Of a DNA stretch of 64,000 bases, positions 11,901 to 25,149 are shown one piece after another. This DNA is from Octopus bimaculoides. Lineage: Eukaryota. The stretch spans positions 105,033,008 to 105,097,007 of the forward strand of contig NC_068984.1 in the NCBI RefSeq assembly GCF_001194135.2, written 5' to 3'. The notes under the pieces were generated by a model. It was not told where the DNA came from. It saw nothing but the letters and a program-made list of their open reading frames with translations, and ran no database searches. How positions within the stretch are numbered: the first letter of the stretch is position 1; each line of letters begins with the position of its first letter. The translations under genes were made by a program, and so were the position numbers.

Positions 11901-12825
11901 TTGGATTGGCAACTAAGTTCCTGCTGTTTTTTTTTAATTTCGGAATCTATTTTTTTCGAGAATTCTATTTTTGAATCATTTTGGAATCTATTTTGTTTTT
12001 TTTTCTAGTTAATTTTAGCTAATTTTTGTTTATTTTCAGATCATTAAAATGGAATGTCAAGTTAAGAAAAATGAGCATTTTCTACATCTCCTTCTTTTTG
12101 CTTTTAATCAAGGTTCTAAGGCCGCAAAAGTTGCTTGCGACATTTGTGCTGTATATGGAGAGGGTGCCATAGCTGAAAGAACCACTCGTGATTGGCATGC
12201 CAAGTTCAAAAATGGAAATTTTGACCTCAAAGATGCACCTCGTTCTGGCCATCCAGTTGAGTTCAATGAAGAGCGATTAAACCAACTTTTGCATGAAAAT
12301 TCTCATCAAATGACAAGGGAACTGGCAGAGAAAATGGAATTCTCCCACACTGCTATAGAGAAGCATCTTCACTTGATGGGAAAGGTTCAGAAGTATGGAG
12401 CATGGGTTCCGCATGCTTTAAGTGACAACAACAAAAATCAACAAATCACAATCTTCGCTGGTTTGCTTGCTTGTCACCACTCAACTCAAGGACACAAGCA
12501 ACAATTTCTTTACTGAATCATTATTGGCAATGAAAAATGGTGCCTGTACATCAATATGAAGCAGCATAAGGAATGGCTTAGCCCCAGTAAATAAACAACA
12601 CCGTGTGTGAAACAAGATCTTCATCCATGTAAAACGATGTTGTGTGTATGGTGGGACCGGGAAGGGATTATCCATTACGAATTGCTTGAACGGAANNNNN
12701 NNNNNTTGGGAAGAAGTTGTAAACAACAAGGGTGAATACATTATTGATTAATTGGCTATTTTTTATTAAACCTTTTAAAAAAATTTAATTTAAAGAAGAC
12801 TGCATTAACTTAGTTGATTCCATTG
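11901..12825 (+). mobile_element. Mariner transposon, defective; middle of transposase missing at a 10-N gap
   Basis: ORF 12049-12516 with mariner HTH and WVPHAL; continues past a stop as IIIGNEKW..LCVWWDREGIIHYELLE; after the gap WEEVVNNKGEYIID*; left TIR ttggattggcaactaag after TA, degenerate right TIR cttagttgattcca. Confidence 0.92.
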
Positions 12826-12844
12826 TTGGCACAAGACCTGAACT

Positions 12845-12975
12845 TTTGAGGGAGGGGGTTAGTCAATTACATCGATCTCCAGTATGTGATTGGTACTTAC
12901 TTTATTGTCCCCGAAAGGATGAGAGACAAAGTCAGCCTCAGTGGGATTCAAACTCAGAACATACAGACAAAATGC
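12845..12975 (-). mobile_element. tRNA-derived SINE family B (reverse, partial)
   Basis: Reverse complement gives ttctgagtttgaatcccactgaggctgactttgtctctcatcctttcggggacaataaagtaagtacca, as in the 37.0 kb copy. Confidence 0.8.
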
Positions 12976-15004
12976 CTCTTGCCACCTCGCTGCCTTGTAC
13001 AGATGATAATAATGATCAATATTCAAAGAGAAATTAAAATATTGAAGTTCTTTTTTTTTTTTTTTTTTAACTTCAGCCTCTTTAATCAAACTCAAAAACT
13101 AAAAAAATATTTTATAAGATTTCAGATGTAGGTATAAGCAAAACTGCAGCTACTTAGGTGATTTATAAAATGTCTTCAGTATGGTTCATTTAAAACAAAT
13201 ATTTTTACTAGTAAGAAAATCTGTATTTGTTTTTAATAGATAAATTAACTTGTTCATAGAAATAAATTCTTAAAATTTTTTTTGTAAGTTACTTAATTAA
13301 TTTGAGTTAAACAGTGATATTGCTACTTCCCCCAAAATATTAATAGTAATTAATTCTGAAGAAAAATGCTACAAAATGCCACTATTTAACCTTATTTGCT
13401 AACTTTAAAAAAAAAAAAAAGGGGGAAATTTTGTCAGCAATTTGAATTGTTATGGTTGTATTGAATACAGTACACTTTTGCAAGTAATGTGAAATTTGTA
13501 TAACTAATGAGTGAAGCTCACTTGACTGAAGAGATGGATTCCACCTTTAAATGTTATGTAAGACATCCAAAATTGCATGTTAGCAATTCCTCTTGAAGTG
13601 TGAAATGAAAATCCTCTAATAGAAAGAAAATGAACTAAGACTCACCTTTGCAAACATTTATATGACATACTTTTAAATCCTTGAGTAATATCTAATCTAA
13701 ATGGTTTATATTTTCTGAAATATTTCTCCTTATCTTCAGTAAGAAAACACTTCAGATGGGCTATAAGCTATTTGCATCTAATGTTTATAATTCATTTCCT
13801 ACTGAAGTCATAGACAAAAAAATGTGATTTATTAATATATCTAGAGAGAGAAAGAAGATAGCAATACATTTTTCAATTGAAGAGATTTTATCTCTCTTAG
13901 ATCTGGGTTTTTGAAACTTCTTTCTTTTGCAGTATTTGCTAAAATATCTATCTATCTATCTATAATACTGAGGGAAATTTTGTGTTGCTTTTGCATAAAA
14001 ACATTCCAGAATCATTAGTAATATTCACAACCTTTAAGTTTGGCAACAATTTAAAAATGTACATATTTGAATCCTTTACTATAATTAACTTTAGCTTTTC
14101 TGCAAATTCATTATCGTTTATATATTTCCTCAATTTTTAATTGTTACTATTCTATGAAACTTACTTTCTCGAATGTGATCTACCTTTTTTTTCTTAATCT
14201 GTCCACCCAACTTTAAAATGACTTTTCAGATTTTACTTTGTCCGCACCTACTTTATTGTTCTATTCTTATGCACGCCCCCCCCCACTCTCTCTCTTCTTG
14301 CTAGCAAGCTATGCCTGTTGTCTAAATTACTGCACATCCAGTCAGCCAATCACCTTTTAAGAGAGTAAATATTGCTCAACTTCATAGAATGTAAATCAAT
14401 GACACTATCACAAACACTACATAACTTGTTGAAGTAGATCTATAAGTATACAGAGATCTCCACTCCTTAAGTCTAAATTATTTGCACATTTTATTTTGTC
14501 AATATGTGCTGCACTAGAAATTTCAAATCAGTGTCATTCTGAATGAAATGCCACCATACATTTTGTTCAACAATTTTTTCTCTGCTTTTTTGTATTACTT
14601 AACAATTCTAGTGAAAATAAGGCTTATTACATAAACTACATTTTATTACATGTATATTTTCTGTAGCCTTAAACTATTATTTATGAGTTCAAAATCTTGC
14701 TACAGCTAATACCCAATAAGACGCTTTATTTTTCACAACTAAAAAAACTATCCCCACTCTGTATCCATCATTCTACCCAGTCTTTACAATTGTTGCCTAC
14801 CTCCCCTTCTCTAACCTATTCCCATATCTCACTTTCATAGACACTCTTGCAACCTCCACCCACATACATTCCTGATTCTTTTGTCCTCACTCACTACTGC
14901 TCAACTCATACTTTGACGATGACACCTCAGTACCATTATTTTTATCTCTTTGCTACTCCACCCAATCACTCCCACCTTCTCTTCTAAAATGTGAATTGTC
15001 ATAT

Positions 15005-15312
15005 GGCTTCTCTACAATAAGAAACCTGGTCTGCTCTGGCCTTTTCTCTCCTATTTTAAACCCTCATCTTCTAGCATAAAGTTGCCTCCCTCTGGGTTGT
15101 AGTCTTGCAAGCTGCATGGCAACCTCACTAGTGCTGATAAAACAAAAAACACCCAGTACATGCTGTAAAATGGTTGGTATCAAGAAGGGCATCACACCTG
15201 AGAAACCTTGCAAAAGCAGATACTTGAACATAATGTAATCCTTGGACCCATCAAATCCTGTCAAACTATCCAGCTCATTCCAGCATGGAACATGGATGTT
15301 AAATGATGTTGA
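15005..15312 (+). mobile_element. 3' fragment of an RTE-type retroelement (homologous to 59685-59985)
   Basis: About 300 bp collinear with 59685-59985 (aagaaacctggtctgctctggcc...ctagcataaag...tcttgcaagctgcatg.caacctcactagtg...cacccagtacatgctgtaaa...catggatgttaaatgatg). Confidence 0.7.
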
Positions 15313-15439
15313 TGAATATCTGAGAAACATTTTCTTAATTGCAAACAATTTTAAACTTCAGAAAAAGTTTGTTCCCTTTTGTGAATTTTTTTTCTATGAT
15401 TCAATTAATTTTGAAAATAATCAAGAATTTGGAGGAATT

Positions 15440-15604
15440 TAATGGTTGACTTTTTTTGTTATTAAGTTGATATTTAGAACATGATAGATTCTTGCATAAA
15501 ATTATATTAGATAGTTTTAATTTAAATACTAACACTTTGAAATGGGATATTTTGTATTATTGAACCAAGCATGGTTTCAGGTAGGTTGTTATCAAAGGGG
15601 TTAA
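15440..15604. mobile_element. TTAA-flanked MITE, partial (family of 29929 and 51629)
   Basis: Ends ...ttatcaaaggggttaa; internal attgaaccaag and gaacatga segments resemble the 51629-51852 copy. Confidence 0.4.
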
Positions 15605-17049
15605 ATAAAAAAGAATTCAAGGTGGGAGTACAAAATCAGGGTTGACTTACAGTTGTTGACATGTGGTATACATTTGGAGGTGGTCTTCTCACATTCTACA
15701 GGGAATTCAAAAGTTTGTTGGAATTAAATTTGTTTAGATTGCTAAGTAGGATTGATAAGAAGTGTTGATAGCTATTGCACAGACAATTTCTATACTAGAA
15801 TTGATAAGGTCAGCCATGTTAAATAGGGATGATAACTTGATCTTCATCATGTAGAATTTTGTAAAATATGTTCCAGTATTTGCAGTTTTAAATTGCAGAT
15901 TTCTTTTTTTATTTATCAGTTGATAGTGCACTTATCTTTAATAATTGTTGATACTTTTACAAAATAGAGTTACATAAAATCTACAGCCCTACCATCCTTC
16001 TTCCTTCACTGCTAGTTTTATTCAAATACAGTAATCCTTTATTTGTGCTCTATCTGCTTCTTATCTATATATGTAAGCATACATGAAACACTTTTTCTCT
16101 GTAAGTTTAGAAAACCATAAATTAGGGATTTAATGCTTTTTAGAAAAAGTTTTTGCCTATGAATTCAGAAATTGATTTAAGATGCTTACAAAGGCACTGC
16201 TCCATGATGGCTAAAATGCCATTACCCCCCCCCCCCTCCTTTACATTATATTTTTTGTACCTTTGAAAACTTTCGGAATAGAAGAATAGAATCCCCTATT
16301 TGAAAAATTGAGTTAGAGTTGGGAGCATCTGGATGTAAAAATACTACCTCAAATAACTCCTTGTCTAACTCATGTTAGCATGGAAAAATGAACATTGAAT
16401 GAACCAATTTATTTTTATAACGTTCCTTTACAATTATGTTATCATTTATTTGTTGTTTTATTTTTGTTTTTTTGTTTTTTTAGAATAGAAACCTGTTGGC
16501 TATGAACCGTGTTCTTCAGTCTGTTACTATTATTACATGTTAAACCATTCTCTTGAGCTCTTTAAAAACTCTCTCACCTCACTTTTCTTTATTTTATCTT
16601 CATGCAGCACTCCTGGGTACCTAAATCCTTCATATTCTTTCAGTGCTATGATGTTTTAATCTTTCAAACTGTAAACTTATTCCTCCCCAAACTGCACACC
16701 ACTATTCTAACTAAACATTCTAACTAAAGATTCTTACTATTTGAAGTAGAGAATCAAGACATTTTTAATTTTTAGCATACAATTTGAGGTCATCCGTAGA
16801 TAGCTGATTTATGTTTGTCAAAGGAACCAATGCAATCCTGAAAAGCAATGGAAAGAGTGAGTTTCTCTGAAATATTCCTTCTTCAGTTTTTGGTATTTCC
16901 TAATGATTCATATCTGCATTTGAGTTCTTTCCATGATCTCACTATTTTTTCTCAAAAAAAGAAACTGCTATTCTTTTTATTGACCTCAATAGTCCTCAGG
17001 CACTCCAAAAGTTTATAGTGTAGTACATTGTTTCCTTTCTTGTAGTCTA

Positions 17050-17950
17050 TTCAACAAACTGCTAAGTTCTTTTTCTTCTCTGCACTTCACACATATAGTG
17101 GACCAGCAGTTCCTTTTGATTTCTTTATACATCCCTTTTTCGCTCTTCTGGTAACAGTTTTATCTTTTTTTCTTAAAAGCTATGCAATTCATCTGCTGTG
17201 AGAAAGCAATTTCCTAAGCAATTATAGACTTAGAATTATTGACTTCTCTTTTTTTTTTCATCCTTCTTTGTTAACACTATCCTTTTTTTTCATCCATGTT
17301 GGCACCTCAGTTTATATACAACCAGTAAGGAACAGCTATGTATAACTTATGGCATTTTAAAACCCAGATCCCAGAACACTGCCACAGCCATGAGATTTAA
17401 AGTATCTTTTTAAACATCTGTAATATTTATATTTTCTTGATTTGACCTATTTTCCATTTCACTTTTAAATTCCTTTAACAATATACCCCACTGTCATATT
17501 CAACCTTCATGTTCCAAATATCTGACCAAAAGTTCCTTGTGACAATATTTCATTTTCCTGAAGTTCCTTCTCACTGCTTAGTCATTGGGGAAATTTCCTA
17601 TCACTGTTTCTGAAGAACCTGTTTCGAGTCTGATTTGTTCTTTATTAGAATCTGTTTTACCTGACTTTGCTTTAATTTTTTGTCTAATTTCTTCTGTAGC
17701 AGCCTTTAACCTTCTGTGCTTTATGTACTTTGTTTGAAGCTTGTCTTTACATTTTTCCTTCACCATCTTTTTCTATGTTATGGCATTTATCCTACCAAGA
17801 TTTTCATTATTAGGGCACCTTTGATGCCTTAGATTTGGCAGAGTACTCTAGCCTTTGCATAGTTTCTATTGAATTACCACAAGGCACTCTTCTTCCACTA
17901 ACAGAGTTTTTCTTGTTGAAGGGTTTTTTTTTTTTTGTTGCATCTTGTTT
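17050..17950 (-). mobile_element. Decayed R4/Dong-like LINE, pre-RT region
   Basis: Minus strand: KYIKHRRLKAATEEIRQKIKAKSGK, QNRFFRNSDRKF, RNFWSDIWN and QENINITD, typical of the region upstream of the RT in R4-clade ORFs. Confidence 0.6.
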
Positions 17951-18099
17951 TTATTGACTTTCTATGTAAACCCCATTTTGTGTGTTTGTATATTGTCCTT
18001 GTATTTTCCCCATGTCTTGGACCTTGTAATCAATAAAAGTGGGGTGGGTTGACAAAACCAATAGAGCATTAAACAACAATTCCTTGCTATATTAATTAT

Positions 18100-18240
18100 G
18101 GCTCTTTGCTTTCCAGGTTCAAATCCCACTGAGGTTAACTTTGTCTTTTATCCTTCAAGGAAATGATAAAGAAGCACCAAGAAAATATTGGGGTCAATAT
18201 AAATGGATGTTCACATCCCTCCAAAATTTTGGTTCTTTTG
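18100..18240 (+). mobile_element. SINE family B, degenerate
   Basis: ggttcaaatcccactgaggttaactttgtctttatccttcaagg..gataaa matches family B. Confidence 0.6.
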
Positions 18241-18744
18241 TCTGTTATTACTTGTACATCACTTATCGTTTTATGAATGGAATAAAGAATACTCTATTCC
18301 ATTGAAATATGTATTTTCGAAATAGAGAGAAATAAGAAAAATGTTACAAAAATTGAGAAAAAAGTTGTTTCAGTGCTTTATATATCTATATACAACATTA
18401 CATACATGCTTCTGAGTCTGGCTGTTGTACCAAAGTATCCCTCCCATCTCCATTGGTATATTAATGGGACCATGGGTTTCTTGGGCACCAGTGCAGCAAC
18501 AACCATGCCGTAACTTAAAAAAAACATTGGTCATAACATACAGCATGTCTTGAGCACCTAAACTTGCTACTCCTGCAGATTTAATCACAGCTGGTTTCTC
18601 CCAGAGAAAGAGAGAGGTGTTGGCTGGTACTTTTATTAATCCCAAAGAGATGAAAACCAAAATTGAACTTGTCAGTACTTTAAATCAAAATACAGGGGAC
18701 CAGATCAAATACCATTAGGTGTTTTAGGTGATGTTCTAATGATT

Positions 18745-18900
18745 CTGTTGGTTCACATGTGTGGTTAAGAAGTTCACTTTCCAACCACAGGTTCTGTCTC
18801 ACTGCATAGCAGTTGAGGATGACCAAAATTTTGTGAGCGGATTTGGTAGGCAGAGATTGGAAGAAGTCTGTTGTCTGATTGTATATGACTTTGTTTTTGT
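18745..18900 (+). mobile_element. SINE family A head/CORE, partial
   Basis: gtgtggttaagaagttcactttccaaccacaggtt...gaccaaaattttgtgagcggatttggtagg. Confidence 0.7.
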
Positions 18901-18919
18901 GTGTGTGTGTTTGTATGTA

Positions 18920-18969
<50 letters not shown>

Positions 18970-18974
<5 letters not shown>

Positions 18975-19841
18975 TGCGATGGGTAAATTGTCACCATCTT
19001 ACATTTTTAATTTTGCACATCTGCATTGTTTTTGATTTTGTTGATTACACAGTATAGTAGAGTCAGTTGGGCACCATCTGAGAAAAACAGCACCACCATG
19101 ACACAATTCACTCTGCCGGAAATTTGGAAATGATATGCTGTACTGCTTGGCATTTGCACCGGAAACTCCAATACAAACATTTCAGAGTGTTTGGATGTCA
19201 ATCTGAGGACAGTGCAATCTGAGGACATGTACTGAGAGTGATAAAAATCAAATATCCAGAGAACATCATGGAGTTTGGAGTGATCATTAGTGATGGCGAC
19301 GTTATACCTCCATTCATCTTCCACACAGCCTCAGACTCAACATCAAGTGCCTGAAGGAGGTAGTGCTGCCGTGGGTCAAGAGGGTGACTGCTGGAAGACC
19401 CTATGTCTGGCAACAGGACTCTGCACCATGCCACACAAGTAGGAGAATCCAGTCATGGCTGTCAGATAATTTCTGCAACCACAACCCCCCTAACATCTGG
19501 CCACCTAACTCCCCAGACTGCAACCCCCTTGATTATTATGTGTGGAGCACAATTGAACAAGAGACCAACAAAACTCCTTGTGATACCAAAGATGAACTGA
19601 AGGCAAGGATTATGGCAGCATTCACCAACTTAAACAAGGAGACTGTCTAGAAGAGTTACAGGAGATTCCAAAGTCGTCTGGAGGCCGTGGTTGAAGCCAA
19701 TGGCGATTTTATTGAATAAATTTACTCTTTATAATTTCAAGATATTTTTATGTAATTTTGGTAAATATATCTGTTAAAATGAGATATCAGTGTTATTTTC
19801 ATTTTTGTGTAATTTAAACACAACAATTTATTCACTGCATC

Positions 19842-19846
<5 letters not shown>
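18970..19846 (+). mobile_element. maT-family (DD37D) Tc1/mariner transposon, internally deleted
   Basis: WQQDSAPCH...WPPNSPDCNPLDYYVW with exactly 37 residues between the last two Asp; ends ...VVEANGDFIE*; imperfect TIRs ggtgcgatgggtaaattgt and acaatttattcactgcatcctgta; both ends abut (TA)n. Confidence 0.9.
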
Positions 19847-19904
<58 letters not shown>

Positions 19905-20134
19905 TTCATATGCACATTTACACACATACACACTCACAAAATGAGAACTGAGTGGCAACTATTGCTAGATAGAATGCTAAGGTCAGTGAAATCATCTATT
20001 TAGTTGCAGTAGTGTGTGCAACACTGATAAATCCTTTACTTGTTTTTGCTGCTCTTCTTTATATATTTATTCTAGTGTTGGACTTGTCTTGCATATATTC
20101 TAACATTTTGTGCTCTTATTTCTAATTTTGCTGA

Positions 20135-20262
20135 GAGCAACATTGCCTTTCATCCCTCTGGGGTTGATAAAGTAAAGTATCAGTTAGCACACCTGAGTCA
20201 ATATCCTAAACAAACCCTGCCCCTCCCCTCAAAATTGCTGGCCTTGTGCCTAAATTAGAAAC
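20135..20262 (+). mobile_element. SINE family B, partial
   Basis: ttgcctttcatccctctggggttgataaagtaaagtatcag...cctcccctcaaaattgctggccttgtgcctaaattagaaac. Confidence 0.75.
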
Positions 20263-20653
20263 TGTTATAATTATTTTTGTAGCACTCCTGCTGCAGGAAA
20301 ATTTTTTCTCCAATGTTAATCATTGAGTTCGAGTTTCTGTTATGAATATATCTTATGTCAGCAATGCTTTTATAGTTATCTTCAATTTTGGGGCTAAGGT
20401 ACCAAATGTAATTTGTTTGCAGTCAAGGTTTAAATTCTCCTGTGTAAACTGCAAGTGATAAAAATATGCACTAAAAACATATCTCATGAACAATATTATA
20501 TGGCTTTTGAAGTATGAAAGTTTTGAATTACATCCTTTATCTTTTAATATTTGCTTTCTCTGAAATCTTCTTTGTAAATTTTATCTGAAGACCTCCCACC
20601 AAAAAAGTTAGAGTAACTGCTTACTAATAAGTCGTTTTTCATGGGAATAAAGA

Positions 20654-21068
20654 ACATTATCATCAGCACCATCCTACTGACGTTCACTTTTCCAGACTTG
20701 CATGGGTTGGATGGAGTTTATTGCAGCAGATTTTCTATGGCTGAATGCCCTTCTGGCCACCAACTCCCATCTGCTTTCATGCAAGGTAATATTTCCCCAT
20801 AGCTAGACTTGTTTTTCACTGAATATTAGAATGATAAACACTCCCTGTATGCCAGTGGCATACATTTTACTTTCATGTTGTGTCACAAAGAGACACACTT
20901 GCATATATGACAGGTTTCTTTAAGTTTCCAACTACCAAATCCACTCAAATGACTTTGGTCAGCCTAGGGCTATAGTAGAAGACAGTTGTCAAAGGTGCCC
21001 ACACAGTGTGTCTGTTTCCCACCCTGCAAAAAACGTATTTGGGAAGCAAATTTCTTAACTACACTGCT
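20654..21068 (-). mobile_element. SINE family A, full length (reverse)
   Basis: Reverse CORE gctatagtagaagacagttgtcaaaggtgcc and reverse tail gacgttcacttttccagacttgcatgggttggatgg. Confidence 0.85.
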
Positions 21069-21983
21069 AAAGTGCAATGAATTTTGGGAGCCAAAATACA
21101 TTGTATTTATTAGTATTGAATTTGAATACTAAACTTGAGATATTTTCAGTGCTCAGTTAACTTGTTTTATTTGAAAAAAAAAAAAAAAAATGAATACAGA
21201 GTCCTTTTTACTTGAAATTGTTACTTAAAAACAAATTTAAATTAGGCAAATACAATACTATTGACACTGATGGAAATTTCAAGGGTTTTTGCTTGTGGAA
21301 AGTGAGAACTTTAGTTGTGTGTTGTTTTTTGTGACGTTGGAAATGATAGTGAATAGCATGCGAGACAGAAGAGACAGGGAGAAAAAGTGGAAGTTAGTCA
21401 AGATGGTAACAGCGAAAGGTAGGGGAAGAAAAGAAATTGTAAGGAATTGATACAGATATGTAATCATATTGTACACACACACACACATATACAGATCTTT
21501 TCACTAGACCAAAATATCTCATTGAACTTTGACAAGTACATATATAAATTTTTTTTGTTTATTCACTGTTGATAGCAGTTTTTAACTGCTATATCCTACC
21601 AATGTTTCTTGTATTTACTGTTCTTGATGTTTTTATATTTTTATCTAGTCATGACTTGCTATGAATTTTGTGTGTAGTTGCTACTGTATGAGATACTAAC
21701 ATACTTTAGCAGCTGTTTTGCTTTGAAATTAGAATTTTCATATCAACCAGATGATTACCCATGCTATCTTGGAAAACAGACATTAAATGATGATAGTTGA
21801 TAATTTTAATGAGATTAATTGTGAAATTTCTAATAAAATTATCTTTTCTTAAAGAGCAAGGTTATATCATTAATATATGAAGTGTATTCAAGTTAGGGTA
21901 GTCTTCGCTTATGCTTATTCAATTTAGCAGGTGAATACTCTGTATAATCTGTATGTGGTTTGTGTTTATTGATTTTTCTTCAG

Positions 21984-22029
21984 GACATTGACATTGGTTT
22001 ATATAGCAGTTCTATATATAAAAATGAAT
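21984..22029 (+). other. Possible 46-nt 5'UTR/micro-exon
   Basis: Acceptor ttgatttttcttcag| and donor AAT|gtgagt are both consensus-like; no protein homology recognised; could be a pseudo-exon. Confidence 0.2.
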
Positions 22030-23717
22030 GTGAGTTGTGTTTATATATATATAAATGTGTGTGTATAAATTATAGTATTATCTTGATGAGTCAGTTTCAC
22101 AAATATTGATTCTAAATTCAAATCATTATTGATTCCTTTGAAAAAAAAAAAAAAAAGCATGGGTATCAGAACTACCCACTCATCTCTCTTACCTGTTATT
22201 CTAAAGCTTCTTGCTTATTTCAAAGACAGCCGTCATCATTATCTGTTGTAGAACAAATAGAAAGGTAGTAAACTGCTAACTCAGTAAAATACTAAACAAA
22301 AATGCCTTTAGTTACTTCTCTTTGCATCCTGAAATCAAATATAAACTGGATTGATTCTCACTCATTCCATTTATTCCTTCAGAGGCAATATCATTAGTGT
22401 CAGTCAAGTACTAGGGATAACTGAATTGAGATACTGTAACCTTCTACCAAGAACTAATTGTTATTGCTAGCAGTAATAACTTTTAATTCATTGGGTTTGA
22501 GAATAGGAGTGGATGCTTTAAAGTTCATTTTAGTTTTGTGTGCCATCATTTTTCTTAGATTTATTGGAGCTATTCTTGCAATTAATACATGTTTGAATGA
22601 AACCTGGACACATTTAATAATGGAAACACTTATATTCGGTATACTTTCTCCTCTTAAACATGGGTATTATCTTATATTATCAAATACCAATGTTGTTAGA
22701 TTTAATCTGATAGATTATGCAGAAATCATGCAAATAATTGGTAAAAAGAGTTATGAACTTATTAATGTTGTGAATAGTAACATTCATTTTTTTTTTATAT
22801 GCATGCTTGGAATAAACCAGTGTTAATATGTAATATAGATGTTTAATGGAAATAAGGGTTTCATGATCCCTTTAAATGAACTGGAGTTTTGGTAGTTAGG
22901 ATAACATTCCTATAATGCTTGGAGAAATAAGGAACGCTATCAACAATCTTACATAAAATATTATGTATAGATGTAAGGAAATGAAGGTATCTCATCAGAT
23001 TAAAGCTTTGGAGTTTAAATTTCCAAGCAACCAGTATTGTGCCTTCTTGCAATCAAATTTAAATCCATCTGGTTGGCAAATGTACTACACTCACTTGATG
23101 GTTGTGATGTTAGCAATTAAAACCATCACTCTAATAAATCATATGTAAACATTAGAATTTACTATATGTATACATGTGTGTGTGTCTGTGTCTGAGAGAG
23201 AGATAAGCAAAATCCAAGGAGATTGGTGGTGGTCTGTGTTGGATAGACTTTATTTATTTGGTAAAAGTGACAGAAAGAGTAAGATGAAATTGAAATGGAG
23301 TGTGAAGTATCTAGCATTTTGGACAGTCTCATCTCTAGAGTTAAGATGACAAATGAAGAAGAAAAAATCTCAAACAAAGGATATAAGACATTATTGTCTT
23401 ATCTCTCCCCACCTCCACTGCCCTTTTTCTTAACTCTGAAGAGGACTGTATTCGAAATGTTGAATATTTTACTCCTTGTGCCAGTTTCACACACACACAC
23501 ACACACACATGTCCCATTATATATTTACAGGGTTACCATAAAGTCTGCATCATTTGAAAGTATGCATCATAAATGAATGCGCTCAAATTGGTGGAAATGT
23601 AGACTTACTACATTGGGTTCATGTGAATCTTGCAAAGTGCATCAAATTTTGCATCACTAATGGTGGGAACTATGTTGAAAATGTTATTCATTAATGTATT
23701 TTAAAGTCACCTGTGTG

Positions 23718-24135
23718 TGTGTGCTGGCTTAGCTGTGTGGTTAAGAAGTTTGCTTTCCAACCATGTAGTTTCAATTCAGTCCAACTGTGTGGTACATTGG
23801 GCGAGTGTCTTCTACAATAACCCTGGGTGGACCAAAGCTTTCTGAGTGGAAGGAAACTGAAAGAAGCCCAACGTGTATGCATGTATATGTGTGTATTTAA
23901 ATGTATATATGTGTGCGTTTGTCTCCTTGTCTTGACATCGCATGGTTGTTGTAAATGTTATTCATTTCCAATAAATTGTGAAAACATGTCTGACCATGGA
24001 GAAATAGCACCTTGCTTAGAAACAGGTATAAGTTGGTGATAGGAAGGGCATCTATGTGTAGAAAATCTGCATTAATAAATTTCATCTGACTTGTACAAGC
24101 ATGAAGTAGGCATTAAAACAACGATGGTGGTGATG
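23718..24135 (+). mobile_element. SINE family A, full length
   Basis: gctgtgtggttaagaagtttgctttccaaccatg...ttgggcgagtgtcttctac...gaccaaagc...tail taggaagggcatct...gcaagcatgaagtaggcattaaaac..gatgatg. Confidence 0.88.
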
Positions 24136-24138
24136 ATG

Positions 24139-24176
<38 letters not shown>

Positions 24177-24638
24177 TTTTATAAGATATTTAAGTTTTTG
24201 GATAGCTTTTGTTAGACATAGAGAAGTGTTCTTTTCCATTTTTTGCAAGGTTAAAAGTCCATTTTCAATGCTGGTATGGATTGAAAAGCTTTGCCAATTT
24301 AGCATTCTCCACAATGAGATCTGAATATTTTAAGGTGCTACTTAACCACTTAGTTCTTCTTAGTCTCCCCTACCACAGGTATCTTTCATATCCACTTACA
24401 GTACTTTTTCTCCTGCATGTAACATTCTTCTGCATTTCATCTCCAAACTCGTTCAGTTATTCCTCTTACATACATTAGATGACCTCTTTTGATGTGCAAC
24501 CACTTTCTCAATTCACTTGCATTTAGCCTTTCATATAAATCAACTTTACTTACCCATTTAGCAGTTAATTATATTTCATTGATTACAGCACCATTTCTTA
24601 TTTAGATTTGCTTTTATGTATAAAGAGAGAAGCGCTGT

Positions 24639-24686
24639 TTTTCCCAATATCTTTTCCCAATATCTTTTCCCAATATCTTTTCCCAA
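24639..24686. repeat. 13-bp tandem repeat (ttttcccaatatc) x about 3.6
   Basis: Direct. Confidence 0.9.
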
Positions 24687-24797
24687 GTCTTTGATATGCT
24701 TTGACCTTCTTTATGACAATATTTAAAAGCCAGTAACACAAATTACTTCTAATGAAACAGTTATATTGTTTACAAGTGTGTACTTACACACTCTTTC

Positions 24798-24829
24798 TCC
24801 CTTTCTTTCTCTCTCTCTCTCTCTCTTTA

Positions 24830-24876
<47 letters not shown>
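24798..24876. repeat. (CT)n microsatellite
   Basis: Direct. Confidence 0.95.
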
Positions 24877-24877
<1 letters not shown>

Positions 24878-25149
24878 TGCTTGGCATTGTTATTGTTACT
24901 GCTGATGATGATGATGATGATTGCAATTAAAAAAAAAATTTAAATGTTCAACAAAATTGAGAACAATATCATTGGTTAAAAGGTAATTAAATTGGTTTGT
25001 CATGGTTATACCCCAACTTGCACTAAGCTACTCTACCATAAATTAAAGCTATAATGTACAAGAGGAAGTATAGCAAGTATACTAAAACATTTGTAGGGAG
25101 ATATTAATTCATCTGAATTAAATATCTAGATGATATCAAAGTTAAAATT

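Noticed and set aside
15760-15815. DNFYT motif resembling the piggyBac catalytic region
   Set aside because: Isolated five-residue match without flanking motifs.
22458-22826. 122-aa hydrophobic ORF
   Set aside because: Hydrophobicity follows from T-richness; no splice or start context and no family match. It may be the antisense of a decayed LINE (about 22.2-23.1 kb), which I cannot confirm.
23295-23576. ORF MECEVSSILDSLISRVKM...
   Set aside because: It runs into a CA microsatellite, has no splice signals and is not furin-like.
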